From Pyrinomonadaceae bacterium (lineage in GTDB: Bacteria > Acidobacteriota > Blastocatellia > Pyrinomonadales > Pyrinomonadaceae), in contig DASRCS010000026.1 in NCBI GenBank assembly GCA_035652995.1, forward strand, positions 580-64,579: a DNA stretch of 64,000 nucleotides, in the 5' to 3' direction. A program made the position numbers and the translations under genes. Each line of letters opens with the position of its first letter. Position 1 is the stretch's first letter. The notes below the pieces were generated by a model, which had not been told where the DNA came from, did not search any database, and saw only the letters and a program-made list of their open reading frames with translations. Shown in pieces: positions 37,887 to 46,971 of this stretch.

Positions 37887-38786
37887 CTATTGCAGCACGC
37901 GCAGGTCGCGCTCGCCGACGATCTTCCAGCCGGCGGGCGTGCGTCGCCAGCGAAGCTCTTGCAGGACTGCGCCGCTGCGCCCCGAAGTGCCGCTGCCGAT
38001 CTGGTACTGCTTGCGGAAGCGCATGACGGCGGTCTGCCCGTCGCGGCTCAGGCGTATGTCGGGCGCGGAGGCGCGCACGTCAACCGAGTCAACCTTGCCG
38101 AAGACGCGCGCCTTCTCCGCGCGCACCGCCTCGCGCGAAGCGTTGCGCGTGAGGTAGTAGTCTTCGACCGTCGGCGCGTAGTATTTCATCTGCCTGTTGA
38201 TGTCGCGCGCGTTCGTCGCCGCGACCCAGTCGCCGAGCGCGGCCTGCAACTCCCCGCGCGTGCCGGCGTCCGCCTCCGCCGTCGCCCCGCCCGAATCGTC
38301 GCCTTCATTCTTCGGTGGAGACGAAGCCGCCGCGCCCGCTGCGTTCGCATTCGCCGCGGCGTTGTTTGCAGTCGCGTCCGAAGGCTGCTGGCTTCCGCTC
38401 GCGTCGGCGCTCTGACTGTTCGTCGAGTTCTGCGCGTCCGTCTTCGACGGCTGTCCGGGCGTCGTCGTCGGGGCCGTCGCCGACTCGTTGGCGTTAGCCG
38501 CCGTGTCGCCCGCCGCCTGCTGCTGGGCGTCGCGCGGGTTGTCCCTGAAATAGTAGGTCAGTCCGAAGCCGACGAGCGCGCCGCCGATGAGTCCGACGGC
38601 GACGCAGGTGACGACGACCGCGAGCGGCCACGAGCGCACGCGCGTCCGCAGGTTGAGCGGGACGGCGGCCCTCGCCGCCTGTACGGATTTTTCGTCGAAG
38701 CGCGGCGTCGCGAGCGTCCTCTCCGGGTCGTTGGGAATCGTCCTCTCCGTTGGACTTACAAACAAGCCGCCGTCTCTGCCCGCCAT
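37887..38786 (-). CDS. single-pass membrane protein with low-complexity linker and C-terminal NTF2/DUF4440-like domain
   Basis: ORF trimmed to MAGRDGG. TM helix WPLAVVVTCVAVGLIGGALVGFGL. Ala/Asn/Ser/Gln-rich linker. C-terminal ALGDWVAATNARDI...WKIVGE. Confidence 0.6.
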   Translation of the reverse strand: MAGRDGGLFVSPTERTIPNDPERTLATPRFDEKSVQAARAAVPLNLRTRVRSWPLAVVVTCVAVGLIGGALVGFGLTYYFRDNPRDAQQQAAGDTAANANESATAPTTTPGQPSKTDAQNSTNSQSADASGSQQPSDATANNAAANANAAGAAASSPPKNEGDDSGGATAEADAGTRGELQAALGDWVAATNARDINRQMKYYAPTVEDYYLTRNASREAVRAEKARVFGKVDSVDVRASAPDIRLSRDGQTAVMRFRKQYQIGSGTSGRSGAVLQELRWRRTPAGWKIVGERDLRVLQ

Positions 38787-38996
38787 CTCGCACACTCCCC
38801 CTTGAACGCAAGCGATACACCGATTCCTGAACCTGAGAGCTAAAGCAATAACCAGTCCAAAGCCGCGCGCCGCCGGACGAAGCCGCGTGAAGTCGGCGAG
38901 CCTGCTCCGCGCGGCTCCGCCCTCCTCGTTTGACTCTCCGGCGGATTTGGCGTAGATACTTTTCGCTCCGTCAGCCTTCCGAGAGAAAACAAAATC

Positions 38997-39779
38997 ATGA
39001 GAGCCGCGCTGCTGACATTCGTCATCCTCCTCGCCTTCGTGCTGCCGCAGGCGGGCTGCTCGCGGAAGCAGTCGAACCAGAACGCGAAGCAGTCTTCGTC
39101 CGACGCGGCGGGCGGCGATCAGCAGGGCGCGGCGGGCGGCGACGCGCGCGCGTTCTTCGACCGCGGCATAGACGCCTACAAGAACGACCGCGACGACGAG
39201 GCGGTCGAGGACTTCAAACACGCCGTCGAACTCGACCCCGACTTCGCCGAAGCCTACTACCGACTCGGCATCGCGCAGCACGTCGTCGGGCAGGAGGACG
39301 AGTCGAAAAAATCTTTCGAGCAGGCGGTCGCGGCCTACGAAAAACTCACGGATCGCGAGCCGAAGAACTCCGACGCCTTCTACTTCCTCGGCCTCTGCTA
39401 CGAACGGCTCGACGAGTACGAGGACGCCGTGGACGCGCTCAAGGACGCGGTCAAGACTTCGGAGAAGGACGACGACGACAAGTATTACGAGCTGGCGCTC
39501 GCGCAGTACAAGCTCGCGCACTACGACGAGTCGGTCGCGGCCCTGAACAAGGCGCTTGAGATCAACCCCGACAACTTCCCCGCGCAAGACCTGCTGGAGA
39601 AGGCGAAGGCTGGCGCGTCGCGCGTCGCCGAAATGCGAAAGCACGAGGAGCAGCTACTCAAGCAGAAGAACGCCAACGCGAACTCCAACAACTCCAACGG
39701 CAACTCGAACGCGGGCGCGAACACGAACGCGAACTCCGCCGCCGCGAACAAAAACGCCGCGACCTCTCCGCACGACTGA
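38997..39779 (+). CDS. TPR-repeat lipoprotein
   Basis: Lipobox LPQAGC. TPR units (AEAYYRLGIA, SDAFYFLGLCY, YYELALAQY). Asn-rich tail. Confidence 0.75.
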   Translation: MRAALLTFVILLAFVLPQAGCSRKQSNQNAKQSSSDAAGGDQQGAAGGDARAFFDRGIDAYKNDRDDEAVEDFKHAVELDPDFAEAYYRLGIAQHVVGQEDESKKSFEQAVAAYEKLTDREPKNSDAFYFLGLCYERLDEYEDAVDALKDAVKTSEKDDDDKYYELALAQYKLAHYDESVAALNKALEINPDNFPAQDLLEKAKAGASRVAEMRKHEEQLLKQKNANANSNNSNGNSNAGANTNANSAAANKNAATSPHD

Positions 39780-39980
39780 GCGCGCCGCGCTCCTTAAAAC
39801 CCTCTGCCCTTCTTTGTGCCTTCGCGCGAAGTGAACTCCCGCCGCGGCGCAAAGAAGCGAGGCTCACGAATTACAATTTTTTTACATGGCCGGGTTTGAC
39901 CCGCGCGCCGGAAGTTGGGAAGAATGGTCGCGCTCTGTTCCGAACGACACACAGGAAAATCAGGCCGCAAGACTCCGCGC

Positions 39981-42497
39981 ATGAAGAAACTTCTCGCACG
40001 CACCCCGTCGGTCTTCCTACTGCTTCTCCTCTTCCTTCTCGCGCCCGCGACGCGCGCGCAGCAGCCCGCGACGACGGACGCCGCCGAGACCGAACTCGCG
40101 CTGCGCCAGCTCGGCGTTGTCGGCAGCGTCCTCTACGTCGGCGCGCACCCGGACGACGAGAACACCGCGCTCCTGGCTTATCTCGCGAAGGGGCGCGGCG
40201 TGCGGACGGCTTACCTTTCGCTCACACGCGGCGACGGCGGGCAGAACCTGCTCGGCTCGGAGAAGGGCGCGGAGCTTGGGCTTGTACGCACGCAGGAGCT
40301 TCTCGCCGCGCGACGCATTGACGGCGCGGAGCAGTTCTTCACGCGCGCGATTGACTTCGGCTTCTCGAAGTCGCCCGAAGAGGCCCTGCGAATCTGGGGG
40401 CACGACGAAGTGCTCTCGGATGTCGTCTGGGTCATCCGCCGCTTCCGCCCCGACGTGATCATCGCGCGCTTCCCGACGACGGGCGAAGGCGGCCACGGCC
40501 ACCACACAGCCTCAGCCATTCTCGCGGGCGAAGCCTTCGACGCGGCGGGCGACCCGACACGCTTCCCCGAACAGCTCAAGTACGTCGAAGTCTGGAAGCC
40601 GAAGCGGCTGCTCTGGAACGCCTTCACCTTCCGACCGGGCGAGCGACCGAAGGACGCCGACAAGATGTTGAGCGTTGATGTTGGCGACTACAACGCGCTG
40701 CTCGGAAAGTCCTACACCGAGATCGCCGCCGAGAGCCGCACGATGCATAAGAGCCAGGGGCAGGGCACGCCCTCGCGCCGCGGCTCCGCGCTCAACTACT
40801 TCGCGCTCATCAAGGGCGAGCCGGCGACGAAAGACATCTTCGACGGCGTTGACCTGACTTGGCACCGCATCAGAGGCGGCGACGCCGTCGGACAAATTCT
40901 CGCCGACGCCGCGCAGAAGTACGACGCCGCGAACCCGCAGGGCGTTCTGCCGCTGCTCGTCCGCGCCTACACGCTCCTGACCGGCATGGAGACTTCCAAG
41001 ATTCCCGCCGACCCGTGGGTCTATGAGAAGCGCGACAAGGTCGGCGAAGTGATTCGCGCGTGCGCGGGACTCTGGATCGAGGCCGTAGCTTCCGACCCTT
41101 ACGTGACGCCGGGCGGTCAGGTCAAAATCACGACTACGGTCGTCAACCGCTCCGACTTCCCTCTCAAGCTTGAAGAGGTCGGCGCGTCTTCGGCGGGAGT
41201 TGACGTGACGCGCGTGGAACTCAAAAACAATCAGCCGCTGACGCGAGAAGTCACACGGCCTGCTCCGACAGACCTGAGTCAGCCCTACTGGCTGCGCGAC
41301 GAGCCGGGCAAGGGACTCTACACGGTTAAAGATCAAACGCTCATCGGCTGGCCGGAAAACTCGCCGCCGCTCGACGTGTTCGTGAACATCTCGGCGAACA
41401 ACGGCGGCGATAACTTTTCCTTCGACGTGCCCGTGCTCTACCGCTGGACTGACCGCGTGCGCGGCGACCTGTACCGACCCGTCGCGGTCGTGCCGGAAGT
41501 CGCCGTCGGCGTCGAAGAGAAGACGCTCGTCTTCCCCGACCGCGCGGCCAGGCGCGTGCGCGTGACCCTGAAGAGCAACGTCGCCGCCGCGACCGAAGGC
41601 ACGCTGCGCTTGAAGCTTCCCGCCGGTTGGACTGCCACGCCCGCGCAGGTGCCCGTCGCGTTGAAGAACAAGGACGAAGAATTCAAGGCCGAGTTCAACG
41701 TCACGCCGCCGCAGGGCGCTAGTGTTGCCGAGCTTGCCGCCGAGTTCGAGTCTAACGGAAAAATCTTCACGCGCGGGATGGAGGAGATTGATTACCCGCA
41801 CATCCCGCGGCAGACGCTCTTCCCACTGGCCGACGCCAAACTCGTGCGCGTTGACTTGCAGCGCCGCGGCAGCCGCGTCGGATACGTCATGGGTTCGGGC
41901 GACGAGATTCCCGAAGCGCTCCGGCAGGTCGGCTACGACGTGACGCTGCTTTCGGACGAAGACCTCGCGGGCGCAGACCTCTCGCGATTCGACGCGGTCA
42001 TCACGGGCGTGCGCGCCTACAACACGCGCGCGGCGCTCCGGCAGAATCAGCGGCGTCTGCTCGAATACGTCGAGCGCGGCGGCACCCTCGTCGTCCAGTA
42101 CAACACGCCCGACCGCACGCTCGAAGGCGTGCAGCTCGGGCCTTATCCATTCAAGCCGGTGAGCGACGAGCGCGTCACGGACGAGGACGCAGGCGTAACG
42201 GTGCTCGCGCCCGAAGACCCGATTCTGAACGCGCCGAACAAGATCGTGCCGTCGGACTTCGACGGCTGGGTGCAGGAGCGCGGACTCTACTTCGCGCACG
42301 AGTGGGACGCTCGCTACACGCCACTCTTCTCCGCACACGACCCCGGCGAGCACGACCTGAAAGGCTCGACTTTGGTCGCGCGCGTAGGCCGTGGCACATA
42401 CGTCTTCACCGCGCTCGCCTTCTTCCGCCAACTGCCCGCGGGCGTGCCCGGCGCATACCGGCTGTTCGTCAACATGATTTCGGCGGGCGCGAAGTGA
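39981..42497 (+). CDS. PIG-L (LmbE-like) family deacetylase with large C-terminal extension
   Basis: Signal peptide. VGAHPDDEN...SLTRGDGGQN and HHTAS metal-site motifs of PIG-L. C-terminal region is ThuA/GATase1-like (GYVMGSGDEIP...AVITGVRAY). Confidence 0.8.
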   Translation: MKKLLARTPSVFLLLLLFLLAPATRAQQPATTDAAETELALRQLGVVGSVLYVGAHPDDENTALLAYLAKGRGVRTAYLSLTRGDGGQNLLGSEKGAELGLVRTQELLAARRIDGAEQFFTRAIDFGFSKSPEEALRIWGHDEVLSDVVWVIRRFRPDVIIARFPTTGEGGHGHHTASAILAGEAFDAAGDPTRFPEQLKYVEVWKPKRLLWNAFTFRPGERPKDADKMLSVDVGDYNALLGKSYTEIAAESRTMHKSQGQGTPSRRGSALNYFALIKGEPATKDIFDGVDLTWHRIRGGDAVGQILADAAQKYDAANPQGVLPLLVRAYTLLTGMETSKIPADPWVYEKRDKVGEVIRACAGLWIEAVASDPYVTPGGQVKITTTVVNRSDFPLKLEEVGASSAGVDVTRVELKNNQPLTREVTRPAPTDLSQPYWLRDEPGKGLYTVKDQTLIGWPENSPPLDVFVNISANNGGDNFSFDVPVLYRWTDRVRGDLYRPVAVVPEVAVGVEEKTLVFPDRAARRVRVTLKSNVAAATEGTLRLKLPAGWTATPAQVPVALKNKDEEFKAEFNVTPPQGASVAELAAEFESNGKIFTRGMEEIDYPHIPRQTLFPLADAKLVRVDLQRRGSRVGYVMGSGDEIPEALRQVGYDVTLLSDEDLAGADLSRFDAVITGVRAYNTRAALRQNQRRLLEYVERGGTLVVQYNTPDRTLEGVQLGPYPFKPVSDERVTDEDAGVTVLAPEDPILNAPNKIVPSDFDGWVQERGLYFAHEWDARYTPLFSAHDPGEHDLKGSTLVARVGRGTYVFTALAFFRQLPAGVPGAYRLFVNMISAGAK

Positions 42498-42518
42498 CTT
42501 TGTCTGACGAAGAATGCC

Positions 42519-42609
42519 GTAGGGGCAGGGCTTGTCCGCGGCCCGTGTCGTACCGAAGGGACAACGTGAATTGTAACGAATGACCGGCAGGGACAAGCCC
42601 TGCCCCTAC
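42519..42609. repeat. 19-bp perfect inverted repeat pair (GTAGGGGCAGGGCTTGTCC) separated by about 53 nt; REP-like element
   Basis: gtaggggcagggcttgtcc ... ggacaagccctgcccctac read directly. Confidence 0.85.
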
Positions 42610-42624
42610 AGACATGAGACACGG

Positions 42625-42771
42625 ATGCAAACCGCCCACGATCAGATGAGACACGAGACGGACGAAGCGCCGCCGTTCGGTCGCAGTTGGGCGACGCTCT
42701 ACGCCGTCGTGCTCGCGACGCTCGCCGCGCTCGTCGTGCTCTTCTACCTGTTCACGCGGGTTTTCGGATGA
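42625..42771 (+). CDS. small single-TM protein, translationally coupled to the symporter (start uncertain)
   Basis: WATLYAVVLATLAALVVLFYLF TM helix. Its stop overlaps the next ATG (ATGA). Alternative starts are at 42580 and 42646. Confidence 0.5.
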   Translation: MQTAHDQMRHETDEAPPFGRSWATLYAVVLATLAALVVLFYLFTRVFG

Positions 42772-44480
42772 GGCCGCTCGACTGGATAGTTCTGTTCGCC
42801 GCGCTCGCCGGCATCGTCGCCTACGGACTCTGGAAGGGGCGGCGCACACGCGACCTCGAAGACTTCCTCGTCGCGAGCCGACGCCAGCGCTGGCACCACG
42901 TCGCGCTCTCGATCATGGCGACGCAGGCGAGCGCGATCACCTTCCTCTCGACTCCGGGCCAGGCGTTCACGGACGGGATGCGCTTCGTGCAGGTCTATCT
43001 CGGCCTGCCCGTGGCGATGGTCATCATCTCCGTGACCGCCGTTCCGATTTACCACCGGCTGAAGGTTTACACCGCATACGAATACCTCGAAGGCCGATTC
43101 GACCTGAAGACGCGGACGCTCGCCGCGCTCCTCTTTCTCGCGCTGCGCGGGCTTTCGACGGGCGTCTCGATCTACGCGCCTTCGGTCATCCTCTCGGTCA
43201 TCATGGGCTGGGACATAAGATTGGTCATCTTCATCATCGGCGCGTCCGTGATGCTCTACGCCTCGACGGGCGGCGCGCGTTCTGTTGACAACGCGAACTT
43301 CCTGCAATTCCTCATCATCATGGGCGGGATGATCGTCGCGTTCGTCACGCTCGTCCGGCTTCTGCCCGCGGACGTTTCGTTCCTCGAAGCGACGCACGTC
43401 GCCGGAAAGCTCGGACGCCTCAACGCAATTGACTTCTCGTTCGACATCAAAAATCAATACAACTTCTGGTCGGGACTCGTCGGCGGCTGTTTCCTCTCGC
43501 TCTCGTACTTCGGCACCGACCAGTCGCAGGTGCAGCGCTACCTGACGGGACAGTCGGTCGCGCAGAGCCGGCTCGGCCTCCTCTTCAACGGCATGGTCAA
43601 AGTGCCGATGCAGTTCTTCATCCTCTTCATCGGAGCGATGGTCTTCGCCTTCTACCAGTTCACGCAGCCGCCCGTCTTCTTCAACCCGGTCGAGGCCGAC
43701 CGCGCGCGCGCGGGCCAGCACGGCGCGCAGTTCCGCGGGGTCGAGTCGGAGTACGCGGCGGCGTTTGCGGCGAAGCGCGACGCGGCGATGAGCTACGTCG
43801 GCGCTCTGCGCTCGGGCAACGAGGCGGCGACCGAGTCGGCGGCGCAAAACCTGAGGGCGGCGCAGCAGCACGCGGACACTGTGCGCGAACGCGCCGTCGG
43901 AATCATCAAGGAGTTCGACGCGAAGCCCTCGGACGCGAACTACGTCTTTCTGAATTTCGTCACGACCTACCTTCCGGCGGGCGTCGTCGGGCTGGTGCTC
44001 GCGGCGGTCTTCCTCGCCTCGATGTCCTCGACCGCTTCGGAGTGGAGCGCGCTGGCCTCGGCCACAATCGTTGACATCCAGCGGCGTCTCATCAAGCCGA
44101 ACGCGGGCGAGCGCTACTACTTCATCTCGTCGAAGGTCGCAACCGCATTGTGGGGCGTGTTCGCCGTTTCGTTCGCGCAGTACGCCGGACACCTCGGCTC
44201 GCTCATCGAGGCGGTCAACCGTCTCGGCTCGCTCTTCTACGGGACTATCTTAGGCATCTTCCTGCTCGCCTTCTATTTCAAGCGCGTCGGCGGCACGGCG
44301 GCGTTCGCCGGCGCGGTGGCGGGCGAGTTGGTCGTGCTCTACTGCTTCTTCGTCACGAACATCGCCTACCTCTGGTTCAACGTCATCGGCGCGCTCGTCG
44401 TCATCGCCGCCGCGCTCGTCGTGAGCGCGGCCACACCAAAGCAGAATCGTTTAGCCGACGGAGTCGGCGGCGGAATGTAG
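42768..44480 (+). CDS. sodium:solute symporter (SSS) family transporter
   Basis: 570 aa with about 13 TM helices. Start MRPLDWIVLF. SSS-like motifs. Confidence 0.85.
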   Translation: MRPLDWIVLFAALAGIVAYGLWKGRRTRDLEDFLVASRRQRWHHVALSIMATQASAITFLSTPGQAFTDGMRFVQVYLGLPVAMVIISVTAVPIYHRLKVYTAYEYLEGRFDLKTRTLAALLFLALRGLSTGVSIYAPSVILSVIMGWDIRLVIFIIGASVMLYASTGGARSVDNANFLQFLIIMGGMIVAFVTLVRLLPADVSFLEATHVAGKLGRLNAIDFSFDIKNQYNFWSGLVGGCFLSLSYFGTDQSQVQRYLTGQSVAQSRLGLLFNGMVKVPMQFFILFIGAMVFAFYQFTQPPVFFNPVEADRARAGQHGAQFRGVESEYAAAFAAKRDAAMSYVGALRSGNEAATESAAQNLRAAQQHADTVRERAVGIIKEFDAKPSDANYVFLNFVTTYLPAGVVGLVLAAVFLASMSSTASEWSALASATIVDIQRRLIKPNAGERYYFISSKVATALWGVFAVSFAQYAGHLGSLIEAVNRLGSLFYGTILGIFLLAFYFKRVGGTAAFAGAVAGELVVLYCFFVTNIAYLWFNVIGALVVIAAALVVSAATPKQNRLADGVGGGM

Positions 44481-44517
44481 CCCGCGGCGCGAGGGAATGC
44501 GACGCGCAAAAATAATC

Positions 44518-44609
44518 GAAGCCCCGGAGGGGCGAAAGAGCTTCGAGGCGTTGAACATCAACGTACCTTGAAATTCTGTCGCCCCTCCGGGGCTTCAATC
44601 TTTTTATTG
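44518..44609. repeat. 18-bp inverted repeat pair (GAAGCCCCGGAGGGGCGA), each arm itself a mini-palindrome, followed by a T-run; REP-like or terminator
   Basis: gaagccccggaggggcga ... tcgcccctccggggcttc aatcttttta. A further GCCCCTAAAGGGGC mini-hairpin lies near 44654. Confidence 0.8.
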
Positions 44610-44709
44610 TCGCTCGTTCCCACGGCTCGCGCCGCGGGCTACATTCCGCCGCCCCTAAAGGGGCTTTCACTCTGCCTCCGTCACATCGTTACGGAGAAAG
44701 CGTCGCTTC

Positions 44710-45693
44710 TCACATCTTCGCCTTCCAGTCGGCCACGCGCTTTTCGAGGTCGGCGATGTTGTTCGGGCTGACGCCGGAGTCGGGGGCCTTCGCGAGTTGC
44801 AGCGCGCGCTCGGCTGTGGCGACCGCCTCGGCGTTCTTGCCCTGTCCGGCGAGGACGCGCGCCTTCGTGTAGAGGTTGGCGAAGTTCTCCTTGATCTTGA
44901 TCGAACGGTCGAGCCACTGCCACGCCTCGTCGGTGTTCGAGAGGTTGTTCTGATAAACGTAGTTCGCGGCCTGAAGCGGCGTGCGCCAGTCGTCGGGCTT
45001 GGCGGCGGCGACCGCGGCGCGCATCTTCTCGACCGCCAGTGCCTTCACGTCCTTGACCACGACGGTGAAGGGCACGAGCACGTGCTCCCAGCGGATGTTG
45101 ACCTGCGCCGAGTTGTCGGTGACGGGGTCGAAGGTGTAGATGAGATTCTCCTGATTCTCAGCGACTCTCTGCGGCTTCGTCTTGACGCGCAGCACGTCCT
45201 TCTTCGAGTCGTAGGTGAAGCTGCCCCACTGGCCCGCGTCGGAGTTAAAGATAATCGTCCACTCGTCGCTGCCGGGAATCGTGTGCAGGCTGTAGGTTCC
45301 GGCCTTGAGCGGCTGGCCGTTGACTAGCACGTCGTCGGTGACGATGAACTGCGTCGCCTCGTTCGCGCCCGCGCGCCAGACGTGGCCGTTCGGCTCAAGC
45401 GGGAAGTCTTTGCCCGCGCCCGGCGCTCCGTCGAGCGTCGCCTCGCCCGCGGTGGCCGTCGCGCCGAGAGCGGTCTTGATCGTGGGGAGCTTGTCGGCGG
45501 GCACGTCGCCCCAGATTGTGCGCCCTTTGACGGCGGGGCGGCTGTAGATGATCGTGATGTCGGTGACGCCGACGCTCTGCATCACGCTCGCCTTCTGGCT
45601 CGGTCGCGGCGTGCGGAGCTGCGCCTGCGCGCAGACGCCCAGGAGCGCGACGAGCGCGGCGGCGAAGGGGAGGAATTTTCGTTGTGACTTCAT
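44710..45693 (-). CDS. DUF2911 domain protein with C-terminal TPR-like region, secreted
   Basis: Signal peptide. ITIIYSRPAVKGRTIWG, WRAGANEAT, GTYSLHTIP, EWTIIFN motifs. Confidence 0.8.
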   Translation of the reverse strand: MKSQRKFLPFAAALVALLGVCAQAQLRTPRPSQKASVMQSVGVTDITIIYSRPAVKGRTIWGDVPADKLPTIKTALGATATAGEATLDGAPGAGKDFPLEPNGHVWRAGANEATQFIVTDDVLVNGQPLKAGTYSLHTIPGSDEWTIIFNSDAGQWGSFTYDSKKDVLRVKTKPQRVAENQENLIYTFDPVTDNSAQVNIRWEHVLVPFTVVVKDVKALAVEKMRAAVAAAKPDDWRTPLQAANYVYQNNLSNTDEAWQWLDRSIKIKENFANLYTKARVLAGQGKNAEAVATAERALQLAKAPDSGVSPNNIADLEKRVADWKAKM

Positions 45694-45728
45694 CTCTTGA
45701 CTTCTCCTCGTCTCGTTAAAATTTCGGG

Positions 45729-46715
45729 TTACATCTTTCCGGCCTTGATGTCGGCGAGCTGCTTCTCGAAGCGCGTGGTGTCAACGCCGTCGGCCTTGCC
45801 GCGGGCGATGGCCTGCTCGGCGACGGCGATGGCCTCCTGCTTCCGGTTCATGTTGAAGAGGAGGTTCGCCTTCGTCCGAAGGTTCTGGAAAGTCTCCTTC
45901 ACCTTGATGGATTGGTCAACCCACTTCATCGCCTCGTCGAACTTGTCGTCGTTGAAGTAGGCGTTGCCGACGGCGAGCGGTATCTGCCAGTCGTTGGGGT
46001 TGGCGGCGATCTGCGCGTTGATCTTCGCCATCGCCACCGCGTTCACGTCCGGCACCTCGACCGTGAACGGCACGGCGACCTTCTCCCAGCGGATACGGAC
46101 CTGCGCCGTGTTCGCCGTCACCTGCGGGATTTCGTAGGAGAGGACTTCCTGCGACTCCTGAAGCCAGACGGGCTTGACACGCACGCGCAGCGCGTCCTGC
46201 TTCGCGTCGTAGCGGAAGCTGCCCCACTGGTCGGCGGTCTTGTTGAAGATGATCGTCCACTCGTCCTTGCCCGGAATGACGTGCAGGCTGTACGCGCCCG
46301 CCGCGAGCTTCTGTCCGTTTATCAGAACGTCGTCGGTGACGGTGAACTTGGTCGCCTCGTTCGCGCCCGCGCGCCAGACGTGGCCGTTGGGTTCGAGCGG
46401 AAAATCTTTGCCGCCGCCCGGCGCACCGTCGAGCGTGCCTTCGCCCGTCGCGTCGGGGCCGACCGCGTTCGCCTTGATGAGCGCGGCCACCTTGTCGGCG
46501 GGCACGTCGCCCCAGACCGTCCGGCCCCTGACGGCTGGACGATGGTAAACGATTGTGATGTCGGTGACGCCGATGGTCTGCGAAAGTGTGGACGCCTGAC
46601 TCGCCTGCGGCATGCGCACCTTCGGGGCCTGCTGCGCGGCGGCGGCGACGGCGAGCGACGCGAGCGCGAGCAGAGTGGCCGCGGCGCGGAGCGAGAATCT
46701 TTGCAGGGGTTTCAT
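45729..46715 (-). CDS. DUF2911 domain protein, tandem paralog
   Basis: Start MKPLQRFSL. Same motif set (ITIVYHRPAVRGRTVWG, WRAGANEAT, GAYSLHVIP, EWTIIFN). Confidence 0.8.
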   Translation of the reverse strand: MKPLQRFSLRAAATLLALASLAVAAAAQQAPKVRMPQASQASTLSQTIGVTDITIVYHRPAVRGRTVWGDVPADKVAALIKANAVGPDATGEGTLDGAPGGGKDFPLEPNGHVWRAGANEATKFTVTDDVLINGQKLAAGAYSLHVIPGKDEWTIIFNKTADQWGSFRYDAKQDALRVRVKPVWLQESQEVLSYEIPQVTANTAQVRIRWEKVAVPFTVEVPDVNAVAMAKINAQIAANPNDWQIPLAVGNAYFNDDKFDEAMKWVDQSIKVKETFQNLRTKANLLFNMNRKQEAIAVAEQAIARGKADGVDTTRFEKQLADIKAGKM

Positions 46716-46971
46716 CTTGAACTTCTCCTCTTCGGAATTTGTCTGACGGAAGTCTCTGACGACGGAAGCTTCGGGCGTCGGCGGACGCACCGCCCCGCAG
46801 CGTTGTTCGTGTGACCGCGCATGGTATCAAAAAGCGCGCGGAACTTTCTTGCGCTGATGTAAAAAATTGTAACCGAACCACCCGAATGCCGTGCGGCGGA
46901 TTTCCGGCTACAGATTTTGGATCAGTGGCCGGCGCTTGGTTAAGGGGCACGCGCGCGAATATGATTGGCGC

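Noticed and set aside
37777-38157. ORF with the HRGHRGIHKGHRG peptide. Similar repeat-derived ORF text appears at 12461..12646, 26199..26381, 34097..34906 (N-terminal extension) and 44401..44670.
   Set aside because: The peptide text comes from translating heptamer-arm or REP-like hairpin elements. There are no coding signals, and the real neighbouring genes start or end outside the elements.
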